From assembly GCA_965285935.1 (NCBI GenBank), contig OZ260662.1, positions 80,910,001-80,974,000 on the forward strand: a DNA stretch of 64,000 nucleotides. Direction: 5' to 3'. Positions 1-13,760 of the stretch are shown here, in pieces. The position numbers and the translations under genes are program-made. Position 1 is the stretch's first letter, and each line of letters starts with the position of its first letter. The DNA is from Ophelia neglecta. Lineage: Eukaryota. Below the pieces are notes generated by a model. The model was not told the origin of the DNA. It searched no databases and saw nothing but the letters and a program-made list of their open reading frames with translations.

Positions 1-1698
1 CCCAAACAATTATGATAATAGTTATTCACCACTTCTCTTTTACGGCTTTTGGTGTATTTCAATGCAGCTTGAAAAATTAATCATAAATTATGCGAAAACA
101 CAGTGATGTCAAAGGTTCGGGAAGCAAACACACCCTCAAATTAGAAAAGTGATCATTTATTTGCCAAATGCCGTGAAAAGACAACCGTGACAACAGCATA
201 CATGGTTACAGGAACGTAGGTACGGAGAAACGGTAAAATCTCCTAGGCGAACGAACTTTTCACGGCGACAGGATATCTTCAAATCGAAAATCAGCTCCAA
301 ATTTATCTAATACGTATCATGTTACCATATACAAAACATTTGAGTATTTTCCCTGCTAACATATTCCAGGGAATGGTGCTGATATGTTGTAATTTAATTT
401 GGTGCAATGCTTCGAATACATTATACACTAAAATAATCGCGTCGTTGCTTTATTGATATTATACCTATAGGCTCCTGAAAAGCACTAATTAGTATTCCAG
501 ATTAAATAACCTGGGGAGTTAAAGAAATGTAAATGATAAAGCCAACCACGTTATTTTTGAATTAGATAATGTTTTCATCATCAACATGCATGCTGTAGCA
601 TATATAGTTAGATTTGACCTGCCTTGCTGTGAGGGCACACGAGAGAACCGATTGTTGGTTAAGGAGCGTGATGTGTGCCTCACGCGGCTTAAATTTGTTG
701 GGGTGTCTGTCTTATTTCCATACTCCCCTTCCCTATATGCTTCATTTGAGCCTGTCAGATCTACTATAGGCCTAGATCCTGTTTGGGGTTTCCATAAAAT
801 CGATAAACCAGACTTATACTGTTCCTCCAAGTAAACCCAAGCTCAATCAACATTTGACCTGTTTTTGTAGGCCTATAAAGCACCAACATCCTGTGCATCG
901 GATGTTTTATTTTCAATAAGCCTATTCTTGCAAATAGTCTGGCGTCTGGATTTGGATTTTGGTGATTTTGTTCCATGTGTGATACAAGCACGCCATTTGG
1001 CAAGCGTGTAGAGAGGTTTTTTATTTGGGCCATAAAATTTAAAATGGCACCACGTCCAAATCCATAAGTTGATGCTGTAAATGATGTTTAATAGAGGGAA
1101 CATAATGCTTGAAAATGTTTATTAATGTGCACTTTTGGTATTTCTGTACAAAGAAAATGAAAACTTTAATCTAAAGACTGCCTTTATCTTCTTAGTAATC
1201 CAAAAAGGTATGTGCTTCAATTAAACTGTGAACTTCACGCTTATTGGAAATTTTAAAATTACCTTTAATCTAAGATAGCTACCATGAATATGGGTTATGC
1301 CAAAAATTAATGTGGAAAATGTTGGCCTTTAACTGAAGATTGTTAGTACTTTTAAGCCCTGATGCTATGAGGGAATGTGTGAGAATTATTGTAATATCGC
1401 GCAATGTGCTTTTCTGCAATTTTTGCCATATTTATTAGCATAAATTCAAATTAGCAACCAAATATCAGGGCTATATCCCATTATAGGGCCATCCTGGAGT
1501 TATCCTGTCAAAGCCAGACAAAATTGCATTTAACTTTTTTCCAGACGACTCGTCTCTCTAGTCCTTTGCATATATTAGGGGGTCAAAAGTTAATGTTAGA
1601 CTCTGTTTATATATCCATTGCTTATTTCAACCGCCTAACGGCGGTCATCTTGAAAATGCCCGCCATTTTGAAGTTTAGCATTATCCCATTCGATTATT

Positions 1699-3137
1699 AA
1701 TTATATCCGCGAAATGCGGATATTATGTTTTCAGTAGCACCGCCGCCGCCGCCGCCGCAGATTTTAGTCGTTAACGCGATAACTCAAAAACCATTTCGTA
1801 CATCTTTTTCAAATTTGACACAGCCATAGACCTTATTGAGAGGAGGAACTGATTAGATTCTGGTGAAATTCCAATAATTATTAATTAGTTAAAACAATTA
1901 ATTTATTACGTCAGAAACGCATTTTCTGCAATTTCACAAAAAAATAATTGATACATCTTTTTCAAATTTGACACAGCCATAGACCTTATTGAGAGGAAGA
2001 ACTGGATTTATTCTGGTGAATTTCGGATAATTATTAATTAGTTAAAATAATTAATTAATTATGTCAAAAACACATTTTCTATCAAATATTCCAAAGTATA
2101 GATGATATTGGCTTGAAGTTTTGTGTCATGATTCATGTAATAACTATATACAATCTGTGTAATAAGTTAACTAGTTAACTTTATTAATGACCTGAAAAAA
2201 AATTAGTTATGATTGTTTTGCATTAGCGTTGAGGTCAATGGAACCAGCTTTATGAATGACCTGCATTATTCTTGAGGTCATATAGAAACTACTACAATCA
2301 GTGTTATAAGTTAACTAGTACTGTGAAATGATGAGTTAATTAGTTAACTTTATTAATGACCTAAAAAAAATTAGTTAAGGTCGTTTAGCATTATTATTGA
2401 GGTCATAATTATGGAACCTACTACAATGTGTGTAATAAGTTAACTAGTTAACTTTATTAATGACCTGAAAAAAAATTAGGTAAGGTGGTTTTGCATTATT
2501 ATTGAGGTAATATGGAACCAACTTTATTAATGACCTGCCTTATTATTGAGGTTATATAGAACCTACTACAATCTGTGTAACAAGTAAACTAGTACTGTGT
2601 AATAAGTTTACTAGTTGACTTTAAAAAAATTAGTTAAGGTAGTTTTGCATTATTATTGAGGTCATATGGAACCTACTACAATCTGTGTAATAAGTTAACT
2701 AGTTACCTTTATTAATAACCGGAATTTTTTTATTTAAGGTCGTTTTGCATTATTATTGAGGTCTTATGGAACCTAATAGGTTCACTAGTTCACTTTATTA
2801 ATGAACTGAAATTTTTTTAGTTAGGGTCGTTTTGCATTATTATTGAGGTCATATGACACCAACTTTAAGAATGACCTGCATTATTATTGAGGTCGTATAG
2901 AACTTACTACAATCTGTGTAGTAAGTTAACTAGTACTGTGTAATAAGTTAACTAACGTTAGTTAACTTTATTAATGACCTGAACAAAAATAAATAAGGTC
3001 GTTATCTTTTGTGCCAACTAAAAACTACCATATTCACTACCTCGCCTTATGCCATGTTCCCCATTCGATTATTGCACGCATTCGCGGATATACCCCTTGC
3101 TGTCGCCCCCCCCCCCCCCGACAGCGTTGGCCTAGTT
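1699..3137 (+). mobile_element. Non-autonomous Helentron/DINE-1-like (HINE) element
   Basis: 5' subterminal motif with hairpin TATATCCGCGAAATGCGGATAT (1702-1723), then a (CCG)n microsatellite (~1740-1757) and internal tandem arrays. The 3' end has the inverted subterminal copy GCATTCGCGGATATA (3078-3092), a hairpin GCTGTCG-(C)n-CGACAGC (3099-3125) and a CTAGTT end. Inserted at a TT with no long TSD. This matches the known HINE architecture. Confidence 0.75.
1799..3000 (+). repeat. Two tandem arrays inside the HINE (~153 bp x2 and degenerate ~100 bp units)
   Basis: TACATCTTTTTCAAATTTGACACAGCCATAGACCTTATTGAGAGGA occurs at 1799 and 1952. The motif TACAATCTGTGTAATAAGTTAACTAG...GCATTATTATTGAGGTC recurs from ~2150 to ~3000. 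Confidence 0.85.
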
Positions 3138-4248
3138 AGTACTATGTTAACATTTTTGTATTAAAATATCTTGCTGATATCATAATAAAGGAACAATTTA
3201 TACATAGCCGCCAGACTATCCACAAGAAATTTCAATATGGCTTTAAAAAGTTAAAAACTCATTTCCAGCCTTCGGGGCTATGACCGCATTTGTCTTCGAA
3301 GCACAAAGTTGCTTAATTGGCATATTCCGTAAGTAGAAAAAAAAATCTACTTCTACCCGGGAAATGAAATACTTTACTTCCGTGACTTCGTAGGCTGATT
3401 TGGTCGTCAGTAACTTGTCTCTATAGGAAGATATTGGCTTTTTGGCATACCATACCTGACCAGAACGGAAGCGATCAGCAGTCCCAAGAAACGCCATCCA
3501 TACAAATTGCTCATTACAATGCCGTTGTCATGGGGATAGGCTTTATTATCTCGGGGAGGCAATTATTTGTCGCGGGTTTTCGTGTCCACACAAATTCGAG
3601 GACTTAACTGCTCCCGCTCTCGGCCTTCACCTGGGCTATTTTAGCAAAATCGAGGTATGCAAAGTAAAGTGGGCCTCCTTGTCTTGAGAATTGTCACGGA
3701 ATCGCATCTGTGAATACACAATAAATACTTGAAGACCATGCATCTGTGCCATTACCTTTAGTTAGTAGTCAGCGGGCATCCTATTGCAAGCGTGAGCACT
3801 TTGAACAACTTGAGTTGGGCCTCTTTTCTAAAGGTAAGACAATTTGTTAAATATTTACCAGCAGAGGACACAAGTAACTTATTCTCGTCTATATTCTACT
3901 CGTAATTCATTTAGATTTACCAACGGGTTTAGGAGTCCGTGTAAATGACTTTATGAACGTTTGAATGAAATGTAAGGAGTGTTTAAACTTACGTTTTTGT
4001 GGAATTAATAAGGCCAACCATTTCTTAAACATTCACTAATTCTCACAGTGCGTTTCTTTGTTTGAACACCTACTAGCCTTAGAAGATGAGTTCGTCGAAC
4101 CAAACGCTCGTTTCAACTTACTTCTGAGCTGACTTTTACCAACGTTGGATGCATTACACGACCTTTCATACACGTTTTCCTTTGCCGTGAGAAGAAGATT
4201 ACTCTTTTTTTAGAGACTCAATACCTTGTTTCTGCCTGATCTGTTATC

Positions 4249-4872
4249 ATGGGTAACGGTACTTGCAAAGGAATTGCGGGATTGGCACTGGCATTCTTGG
4301 CCCTATGTGCCTGTATGATCACCCTCATAGCACCATATTGGATCTTAGTCGCTCGCACACAGCGTGGTTTGTGGTCCTATTGTAGGAAGCCAATCAGTGT
4401 TAATCTGCGACATGACCACTCCGTGGACTCCGTCTGTACGTGGTTCTGGCAGGATCCGCACTATTGGGAAGTTTATAAACCTCCCGTACGTTACTGGTGG
4501 TTCACCACTTCTGCTTTGCTGGCTATCGCCTGTCTATTGCAGTGGATTTCTTTGCCGCTTGGTGGCGCTTGTTTGTGCACCAGTCGGTTTCGGGTGGTGC
4601 GCATGTCAAGAAGTGCCGGAAGTGTGCTCATAGTGTCCGGTTTACTGGTTTCCGCAGCACTGACCATTTTCGGCGTCATGGCTGACCGCGACTACGGAAT
4701 CACCCCATTCGTTTCTAAGGAGATAGGACCAGCAATTGTCGTGCGTTTTGACTGGGCCTTTTATTTGGGCATGATGGGCGTCATTAACGCAATAGCTGGA
4801 GGGGGAATACTGCTGTCGTGGAAGCATAAGAACAGCGACGGTGTGTCTCAAATTCCACCCCAACCTGTCTAA
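4249..4872 (+). CDS. PMP22/EMP/claudin-superfamily tetraspan membrane protein (claudin-like), paralogue 1
   Basis: 207-aa ORF with four hydrophobic segments and the W-x(n)-GLW-xx-C...C first-loop signature (APYW...RGLWSYC...VCTW). Probable 5'-UTR intron 3834-4213 (AAG|GTAAGA ... TTTTTTTAG). Confidence 0.85.
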   Translation: MGNGTCKGIAGLALAFLALCACMITLIAPYWILVARTQRGLWSYCRKPISVNLRHDHSVDSVCTWFWQDPHYWEVYKPPVRYWWFTTSALLAIACLLQWISLPLGGACLCTSRFRVVRMSRSAGSVLIVSGLLVSAALTIFGVMADRDYGITPFVSKEIGPAIVVRFDWAFYLGMMGVINAIAGGGILLSWKHKNSDGVSQIPPQPV

Positions 4873-7800
4873 CTTAAGCAAATATTTGTTTGTAATAATC
4901 AGAAAAAAACAAAGCTAGTCTGTCTGGCATATTATTGATTATAATGTGGGTGTGGTCAGGAGTTCGACAAGATCGGCAAATATATCAGTCTCAGAGCATA
5001 TCATGCCAGCCTAACACTATTATGACAAATTTAACAGCACTGCGTGATACACAATAAGATTTGGACATGGGGCGGCAGACCAAAGAAAGCACCCATGCAG
5101 CTGAAATCATACGTAATAAGATAGGTCTATGGCGTCTTATTTATCAAAGTTGCATTTTTATTGACTGATAGCTACCTAAAGATTCTCTTCGCCCTAGGAT
5201 TCGCCTTTTGCTTATCGAGACTAAATTTTAAGATGTCATCGTTTTTGATGGGATTTTCGCCGTCGAATTATTATATACTTCTACATAAGACTGCTTATGA
5301 CGTTTGTCTGTCTCGCCATTGGCTCCTTAAAAAATAAAGCCGTATAATTAGTAAGGCTGAGGTTCCCGTGTACATCTACATTTTAAGCTTGAAAGGAAAA
5401 CGAAGCAGATTGCGCAAAATGCCATTCAGCCGATTGAGGACGGATTTGATAGGCCTGTTCCTTTGTTCACACGAATTAGGATACGTTAGAATGCCCAGGT
5501 TACCTATTGCGCCGGCTGCGAGGATCCCATGTTTAAGGTACTCACTTCACAACTGCATCAACAACCATGCAGAATTCGGGATATTGAAAATTTGTTTTCG
5601 AACTCAAAGATTTCATTTTCTAAAGTACCTTACGCTGTGGATTTTATAATATCCGAGTTATAATGTGCTTGCCGGGGAGACGTAGAGCCTTTATGCTAAA
5701 AGCCGCCTTCTGTTTATGGCCCGTCCTCACCCGCAGATTTTGTCCTTGCCTGGGTTGTGGGCCTATTAGCCGAAATAAGAGTATGGCAGGAAGTTCGGTG
5801 TCTGTTTTTTCCGCGCAAACGTTAGGTTTATTCCGTTCATATAACGTATAGACCGGCCGGCTATCTGTTTTCTGCTTCCGCTGCGCTGTTTGGTGCTGCG
5901 CTGCGAGAGAAAAATAAAAAATCCTATCCTATCCCACGTGACATCCCGCCCTCAGTGCAGAGCCAGAGCAGCAGCGCCAAATCAAACAGCGCAACGCTAC
6001 AACGCCGAATATAGACACCCAATATCGTGCATGGTTACAATGTCATAAGGTTAGTTATTCTGCGCAGAAGTCCTTCATTAAGACTTCTGCGCAATACATA
6101 TATATGTATATATATATATATTGAAGTAAAAATAACCTTTTTTAGTGTTGAGCATGCACGTAGATTTTGTACGAAATGGGCCTAGAGTAATTGTTAAGAA
6201 ATGATTCTGATATCTGATTAGGGAGGTTATATATAACCTATTATTTATCTTTTTATGCTATGTATGACAAGGGTGTTCTTATACCGAAGGCGATCGACAT
6301 AGACCACATAAAATAGCTCCAGACCTCTAACGTTATTCATAAAAAATGTATCCTTCTTTTGATGATAGTCTTAATAAGGAACTTTGAAACATCATAATAA
6401 CGCGTGAGGAACGTCTGAAATATTTCGTCGATTTTCGTCGTTATTTCGATTTTTTATATAAATTTTGCCTTAATCTTATTAGGCTTATTTGAAATTAAAA
6501 ACACGAAACACTAAGCCGCTTAAAGAGGAAACTTTTGGAAAAAAAGGTTTTCCTTGAATAGTAAATTGTTGCCTTTGTCCTTGTCAAAATCTTATCGATC
6601 GGTATACATATCGAGTTGAATAGAATAATAACCTTTGAGATAACAGTCGTCTCGATCGATGAATATTGATGATCATGGTAAAGTACCAAGGAAAATTAAT
6701 TTCATAGTAATGACTTATTAAATCTCTTATTAATGTTGTTCGATTGTCAAAACTTATATATGAAACACACTCCGGGGTTGTCTGAGTCTCTTAAATGTCA
6801 ACTGTATGGTATCAATGTATATTGTCCGGAAACTGTCTTAGTGTTCAATAAAACATGCAATTAGCATAAATACGCGTGATTCTAAATGCAATTAAGAAAC
6901 TTATAAAACATCTAGCGAACCATAGATATTATTTTGGTCCAAGGTATCCAAGAAAGGCTTGCAGTTAACTATTTCCTTAAATTTTAACCGGCTTTCGAGG
7001 AAAATGTGTCACTGCATGGACACCTTGCCAAAGACAAATTAATTGACTGGATTTGTTCTGGAAGTCTCTAGAATGATATTCGTTTTAGTGTACATTTTAG
7101 AGAACAATTATTATGCCACTCTTATTCCTAGAGCCTAGAAACAATACTTTATTCAATATTGTTTACGCAATAGAAGGATCATTATGGTAACTGGAAAATC
7201 GCTTTCAAGATTTATTGGGCTAGATGGGCATGCGTGTCCCAATTAGTCAATGGTTTCATTGACGCAGCCGTGGTAGGTAAGAAAACAAAATACAACAGCT
7301 TACACAGTTGTGGTGTTTTATCCGAATTCATTTATTTGTTGTAAGCTTTATTCTAATATAAACTTAAGGGAATTTCCATTACAAAAGAGAGAAATAAAAT
7401 GCTTTATTTACTGTATTATTAGATTGGACGCGGGAAGAATCATAGCACGCCGTCGACACAAGCTCCTCTGACTGAGGGCTTGGTTTTCCATTTTGAGGTA
7501 GAGAAATCAAACTCGGGTTTTCTCTGATATTGATGAGAATTCCTAGAGGCTTGTAGAAAACACGTTTGTTTTAACTGAACTGATCACTAATATTCCGAGA
7601 ATGAATAACCGGTCGCTTGCAGAGAGTTATTTGTTAATAATATTGTAATTGTTGTACTTATACAATATGTAGTATTGTAATATGAAAATGCTGATAACAC
7701 ACCCTTTGATATTAGAAAAACTAACTTGTGAAAACTTTCGTTGTATTTCATGATATATGGGCAACTTAATTATGAACTTTAAAGTAACCGTACTAGTCAT

Positions 7801-8760
7801 TATAAATGTAACGTTAATAGTGACCTGCCCGGAGGCGAACATGTCACCTAATGTAGTGAACTTGGCTAGATACTTTATTTTATTGGAAAAACTCTATAAA
7901 ACAGCATTAATAGGCGGTATATGGCATGCCCTCTGACTTTCGGCAGTGACTTCGCCGAGAAAGACAGTGCAATAGGTGCGTGGTTGCAGGATATCATGAC
8001 GGCCGGGCTTAATTGCCTCAATATCCTAGCATGCAGCGCAGTCTTCTATTTCTCGCCAGATGGCGCTATCATCATTTCCGAGCAACATTTGTACGACGGC
8101 CATTTTGCACGACGGTAACACGCGTTACCTATAGCCCACAAAGCACTGTGAAGAGCGCATTTGGATTGTATGGCGAGAACTTGCACGGATTCACGGCCGA
8201 ACCAAATGGAACTAGCCTAGCTACCGTACACCGCTTTCAATACAGAAAACAATAAGTGTGAATAAAATAACCTACATTTTTTTGTACATCATGGGAGCGT
8301 ACATCAAAGCGATCAGGAAATTACCGCCCGCAATTACCCAAACTGCTTAAAACGCTGACAACTTTCTCAGCCGTGGACTCAGAGATTCATCATGTAAGCT
8401 TACTCAGTTATGGTGGATAATCCCTCATGTATTTTTCTGAAGTTTAATTACAAGATAAAAATAAAAACAAAAATAAATATATTCATTACAAAAGATATGC
8501 ATTATGTAACTGTTACATTTATTTTAATTGGAAGCTAAAAGAAGCTCTGCTCGTCGCTGATATGGTTCCTCTGATTGAGGGTGCGGTTTTTTATTTTTAA
8601 ATTGCAATATTATTTAAACACACGGTTTTCCCTGTTTCTGATGAGTATTCCTGGAGAATTGTTGAGAAAGCATTGGTCTAAAATGAATTAATCGCTAAAT
8701 ATTCTGCGGATAAATGATCGGACGACTGGAGATATTTTCTGATTTGCTTGACTTTCAAAG

Positions 8761-9793
8761 TAGGGGAAATGAGGGGAAATTCGATTACAGGGGGAAATTC
8801 GATCAAAACTGACTGCACTGTTGCAATAAAAATGCTTAGACCCCCACTTTACGTGTTTTGTTATTGCTGTTCTAAGTTAGATACTGCTTAATATGGCTTT
8901 GATCAATAGAGGGTCCCTCACAAGGTTAAAGGTTAGATATACGGCATGCCATAGGCTAAGAGCAGATCTGCGTCGCTCAGAGCGGGTTTTCAGATTGAAT
9001 GGCTGGCGGGCACGCGTAGTACTGGTCGACTTATTAGGTAGGTTTCTACTTAATGTGATATTTAATCTACGTCATATTAGGTTATAATGTAACACAGTTG
9101 TCTGAAATCATAAATAAATAACAAATACTTGTTTTATTACTCAATTCCACGAAATAACAGCGAAAATGTTGTGATCGAATTTCCCCCCCTGTTGTCAAAA
9201 ATACATGCGGTAATTTCGATCACCCAAAGTGGAGTAATTTCATTGCGAAAATAAATCTGATAGCTAAAATAGAACATAGCTTTTCAAGATAATATACATT
9301 CAACATAATTTTGGAGCGTTCAAAACGAATTTGTACTTTGTACTTTCGACAATATATTGTTTGTTTGTTTGTGTGTTTGTTTGAAACTGTGCGAGTCGTT
9401 CATTTCGTAGAAAAATACCCATCGACTTTAGAGTATTCCAATGAATAATGAAATAATAGATATAAATAATTAATAAAGTAAATTACTAGCTAATCACCAA
9501 CTAATATAATGCCCATATTCGGCAATAAATATATCCTATAATCGAAATTCATGTGTGATCGAATTTCCCCACAATTTGATCGAAATTACCTGCGACCAAC
9601 TTTTTTGACGAAAATTAATTTTCTGCAAATACTAATCAAAATATAATGAACATGTCATATTTTTCATTAATAACAAACTTTTAGGTGTTATTTGGCATAT
9701 TAACTAATATTATATCTTGAGTTCATTGGTTAGATATACACCGACAAAGTGCTGACAGAAACGAACTGATCGAAATTCCCCACATTACCCCTA
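8761..9793. mobile_element. Non-autonomous Tc1/mariner(pogo)-like MITE
   Basis: Imperfect ~23-bp TIRs GGGGAAATGAGGGGAAATTCGAT / ATCGAAATTCCCCACATTACCCC, flanked by TA at both ends. The GGGGAAATTCGATC motif recurs internally in both orientations (~8791, ~9173, ~9557). No coding capacity. Confidence 0.7.
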
Positions 9794-12700
9794 TCCCAGC
9801 ATGCAGCACCGTCTTCCCTTAAATTTCTCGCCACTTGGCACAAACATCAAAAATTGCTCGTGCATACGCTTTATTAGGAACGCAACTCGAATTTGACCTC
9901 CACTTGCAGCAAACGATGGCAAATGACCCTTGGACACAATTCATGTTATTTGAAAAAAAGTCAAGGAGAATCTGCGCCTTTTAAATTTCATGACAATCCC
10001 ACTTCTGAGGTTCACTGCAACAAATTGGCATGAATACTAAGTATTATTGTTATTTTAGAAATTCTAGACATTCTAGTATTTTAACACTAGGGCCAGCTAA
10101 AATGATTTAGTTGAAGAAATGACGTTGGCAAAGAAACCATTTCTTGGTTATTAGTCTCACATTATTTTTCCTCTGGATCTCATAAACTGTTCCTATGGCT
10201 GAAAATGCTTGTAAATGGAGGTATTTTTCCTACCCATAACTTTTAAATAATAGGGGGGATTTGGTGTATTTTTGCTGTTGCAAATGTATAGGTCGGCAAA
10301 ACAGTTCACTTCTGTGTGTCATTAAAGATTTCAGTAGTATTCGCTAAATGTTTACTACTATATAGACTTACAGGTAGAAGTACACCTTGGAGTAAAACAG
10401 ATTTCAGAGAGAGATGCGTAAAGCGCAAAAATTATAATAATCGATCATAGTCATTACTCGCAGTAAATAGTGGCAATGAAATTCTAAAATAAGCATGGCA
10501 ACTTTACACGTCGGATAAAGCGCCATATTTGATTTATGCTTGTAAAAACATAATCTGATTCAGCAATTTCCATGCAGGAGGAATGAGGACGTACTAATAG
10601 AATTTGTTGTTATTATATTTAGCAGAATTGAGCTTATGCCAAAGCTTGTAGTTAAAAGTGTTTTCAGCCAACATTGTATCAGTAAGTATTGACTAGTCTA
10701 GGCCTATGGTTTTTGAAAAACGTGATCTCGCCTATCACAAAACACTTACTTTTAAAATTAGATCTACGTAGCCTACATGCCTTTATAACATTATAGATTT
10801 GCTGATAGAAAAGATCATAGGTATGGCGTAACAACGAGCTCGTGAAACTAAGTACAACAGGCGTTAGACCTTTGTACAATGTAGCATCAAAACCAACAAT
10901 ACGCCTTTTTTATATGAAAGTATATAGCTTCTTTGAAGTGGATCCTCAGTCATATGATATAAGATACATTGCACCTGCATGATAGTACGTTATGCAGCTA
11001 TGCATAGGGTATTTCTAGCCGTAAGCTTTCTGAATAGGACACCTCCGTGAGCACCATGTGTCAAATTCAAGTAGTGTTCAATGCCACGTGTGAGGTTTGA
11101 TATGCATTTATAAACGTTGGGCTACACTGTTCACTCACCATAATGTTCAACACTTTGAATAAACTCCTTTTCTTTTGTTTTTAACGATTAGAGGGCGCAA
11201 GGCCTGCTGGAATTTCATTGAATGTTAATATGGGTATTTCAATGGAAATATAAATATCAAACTATGGTACAATATTATTTCCGATTTTAACGCCAGAATA
11301 ATATTAATAGACCTGACAAGACAAGAGGAAGTATGATGTGCGCCATTACCTAAATTTTCTGAAACATCTATATAAATTTATTGGTCAGTATATATAAATT
11401 GGTTTTATTCTAACTGTTACAGCAGTTTCAAATAAGTACACGATTTCACGGTCTCTTGCATTTCATTCATGACACAATATATGACGTCCACTAAGTATCG
11501 TGGACTGGCTCTTAAACTCAGCCATTTGACCTACGAAATAAAGGATCCTGTTGTACGAATTTCGTTGCAATGACCCTAAAACGATCACCCACTGATAATA
11601 ATTTAAATTGATATAAAAAAATGCATGCATTCACAAAGTATATATTTAATAATTCATTGTGTGATACAGCGCAAAGTGTTAAAATTCCAAAGACAGAAGA
11701 AATATGCCAAGCGTATCACCAACACGACTGACTGAAAACATTATATTGTGCATTATTTTGGCGGAGGTCCAACGTAAATTTTCTTGCCTTTTATGGTAAG
11801 GTATTCGAAAAAGATAACGGCAGCCACACGAGTTTAAGTTTAAAAAAAGATGCATCTATAATGTAACGTAGACACGTAATTGTAGGTATACCGATGACAA
11901 CGAGTTTAAGTGGTAATATGCGGAAATATGTATTATTCTGTTTAGGGCGAGTGGAGACTATGAACTGTCATTGGAGCGTACACATACACTTTGAGACTCA
12001 AAACAGTAAGGAGAATACACTGCCATAACGTAATATCGTATAACCTATCAAGCAATATCGAATTTCATTGCTGATGATCAAAGTAAAGATTGATCAAGTT
12101 AAGAAATATTGACAAATAGGCTGACGAGAATTGGATTGAAAAAAACACCACTGAAACATTGTTAAAAGCGCACATCGACAGAATTATTTAGCACTTTAAT
12201 AAAAGTTTTGTACAAGTTTTACTAGAATTGATTACTTTTGCGTCAGAGAAACTAGTCACATGCGTAGGCGCTAGTGGATGGTAGCTTTCAATGTTGCGTT
12301 TTCCTTTCTTGGGAGTGACATGTGTCATTCAGACAATAAGGTGAAAAAATCCAACTAGCTTCCATACTTGTTCGCCCATGTTGGGATATTAACAGGGCTA
12401 TACCTGTCGTGATTGAATGTCGTCTGTAATACTGAGTCACCATACCTCCATTTATTAAATAAAGAATATGTAAGGTTTATATGATATCTAGGTGACGACA
12501 AATAGGGGTGAGACTATAAAAAAGCAACATGTTGATAACATGGATTAATACAATTAGCCTATGTTGTAAGCTAATGTTAAAGGGATACATTCATTAATTC
12601 TAACATGGGTTATGTAGGTCTATATATTACGTAGTATACCAAAAGGACCCATAGGCCTAACAAGAAATTAATTAATGTGTAAGTGTCTCCAAGTACAAAT

Positions 12701-13399
12701 CTTAATATGGCCGCTTGGGAGATTTTATTGCCAATCCATACTTCCTTAAATAACAATATTGGACTTTTGAACTATCAGGCCCAAGGTAGAGAGCCTTAAT
12801 TTGGTCCTCCTTCTCAAATACAATGACTTCTTACCAGGAACCTGCTACTGAAAGGTCCACGGATGTCAAACCAAAGAAATTTATCTCAAACAGGCTATAT
12901 TTAATATGTTTGTGATGCAATTGAAGCATGTTTTCTTTAATGTAATGATTTTCGACAATTTTACAACGTTTTTGGGTGGACTGAGTTATGCTTAAATGCA
13001 GGTGATTATGTATCACTTTCGTGGATTTTTAATTTCAATATATACGATAGCGTTTCTGGTCGATTTATGAAAATCGCCTTTTGTTGTAGAATAGTGATTA
13101 GTTATCTGGCAGAAATGAACAGCAAAGGTTTAAATTCACAATGTCACCAAATCATTCATACACTGAGTTGAAGCTCTGACTTGGTCCTTAAATATATATA
13201 TTTCTCCATGATATAAGACGGCGTGTTTACTGGCAACACTGCTACTTAGGGGAATGTATTCATCATTAGCATTGAAAGTGAAGAGATGGGAACAGTGTAA
13301 TACAATTCTCATAATTTATTAGCCGACTCTAATGTTACACTGCATAAAGAAAGAATCACATATTCACACCATAGTAAAAGCGGAGAATGTACTTTTAGG

Positions 13400-13760
13400 C
13401 TTAACTGTTAAGAAAAAGACTGAATTGATCATTTTGGTAATTTGACCTTGGAAATCAACAGTAAGGTTAAATTGAGAATTTGATATGATGCGAAAATGTG
13501 GCTTCCTATAAGCTTTCAATATTTTCTAAGTTCTAATTGCTAAAAGAAAAGGCTGAATTCGTCATTATGGTAATATGACTTTGAAATATGACATGAAGGT
13601 CAAATATGAAACTCGCTAATATGCGAACAAAATGTCGTTTGGTCTAGGTTCTCAATATACCTATAGGCTCTAACTGCCAAAATAAACACTTAAATCATGA
13701 TTATATCAGATTGCTAAAAAATGGGTCAAGGTCAAATCTGATAATACCATAATATGTGAA
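13400..13760. repeat. Degenerate ~135-bp tandem repeat, probable old Helentron-derived remnant
   Basis: Repeated units with GGTAATxTGACxTTG...AAGGTxAAAT...ATGCGAA. A related unit sits at ~23530-23650. Confidence 0.4.

Noticed and set aside
519-1103. Cluster of overlapping 76-103 aa ORFs
   Set aside because: No recognisable domain or splice structure. It may be a decayed transposon interior, but that cannot be supported here.
4081-4110. Hammerhead-like GATGA-GTTC-GTC-GAAC-CAAAC in the claudin-like 5' intron
   Set aside because: Both conserved core boxes (CUGANGA and GAAA) are mismatched, and no flanking stems are evident.
5797-6020. Possible small Harbinger-like MITE (GCGCTGTTTG / CAAACAGCGC inverted pair)
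   Set aside because: The ends and TSD could not be defined with confidence.
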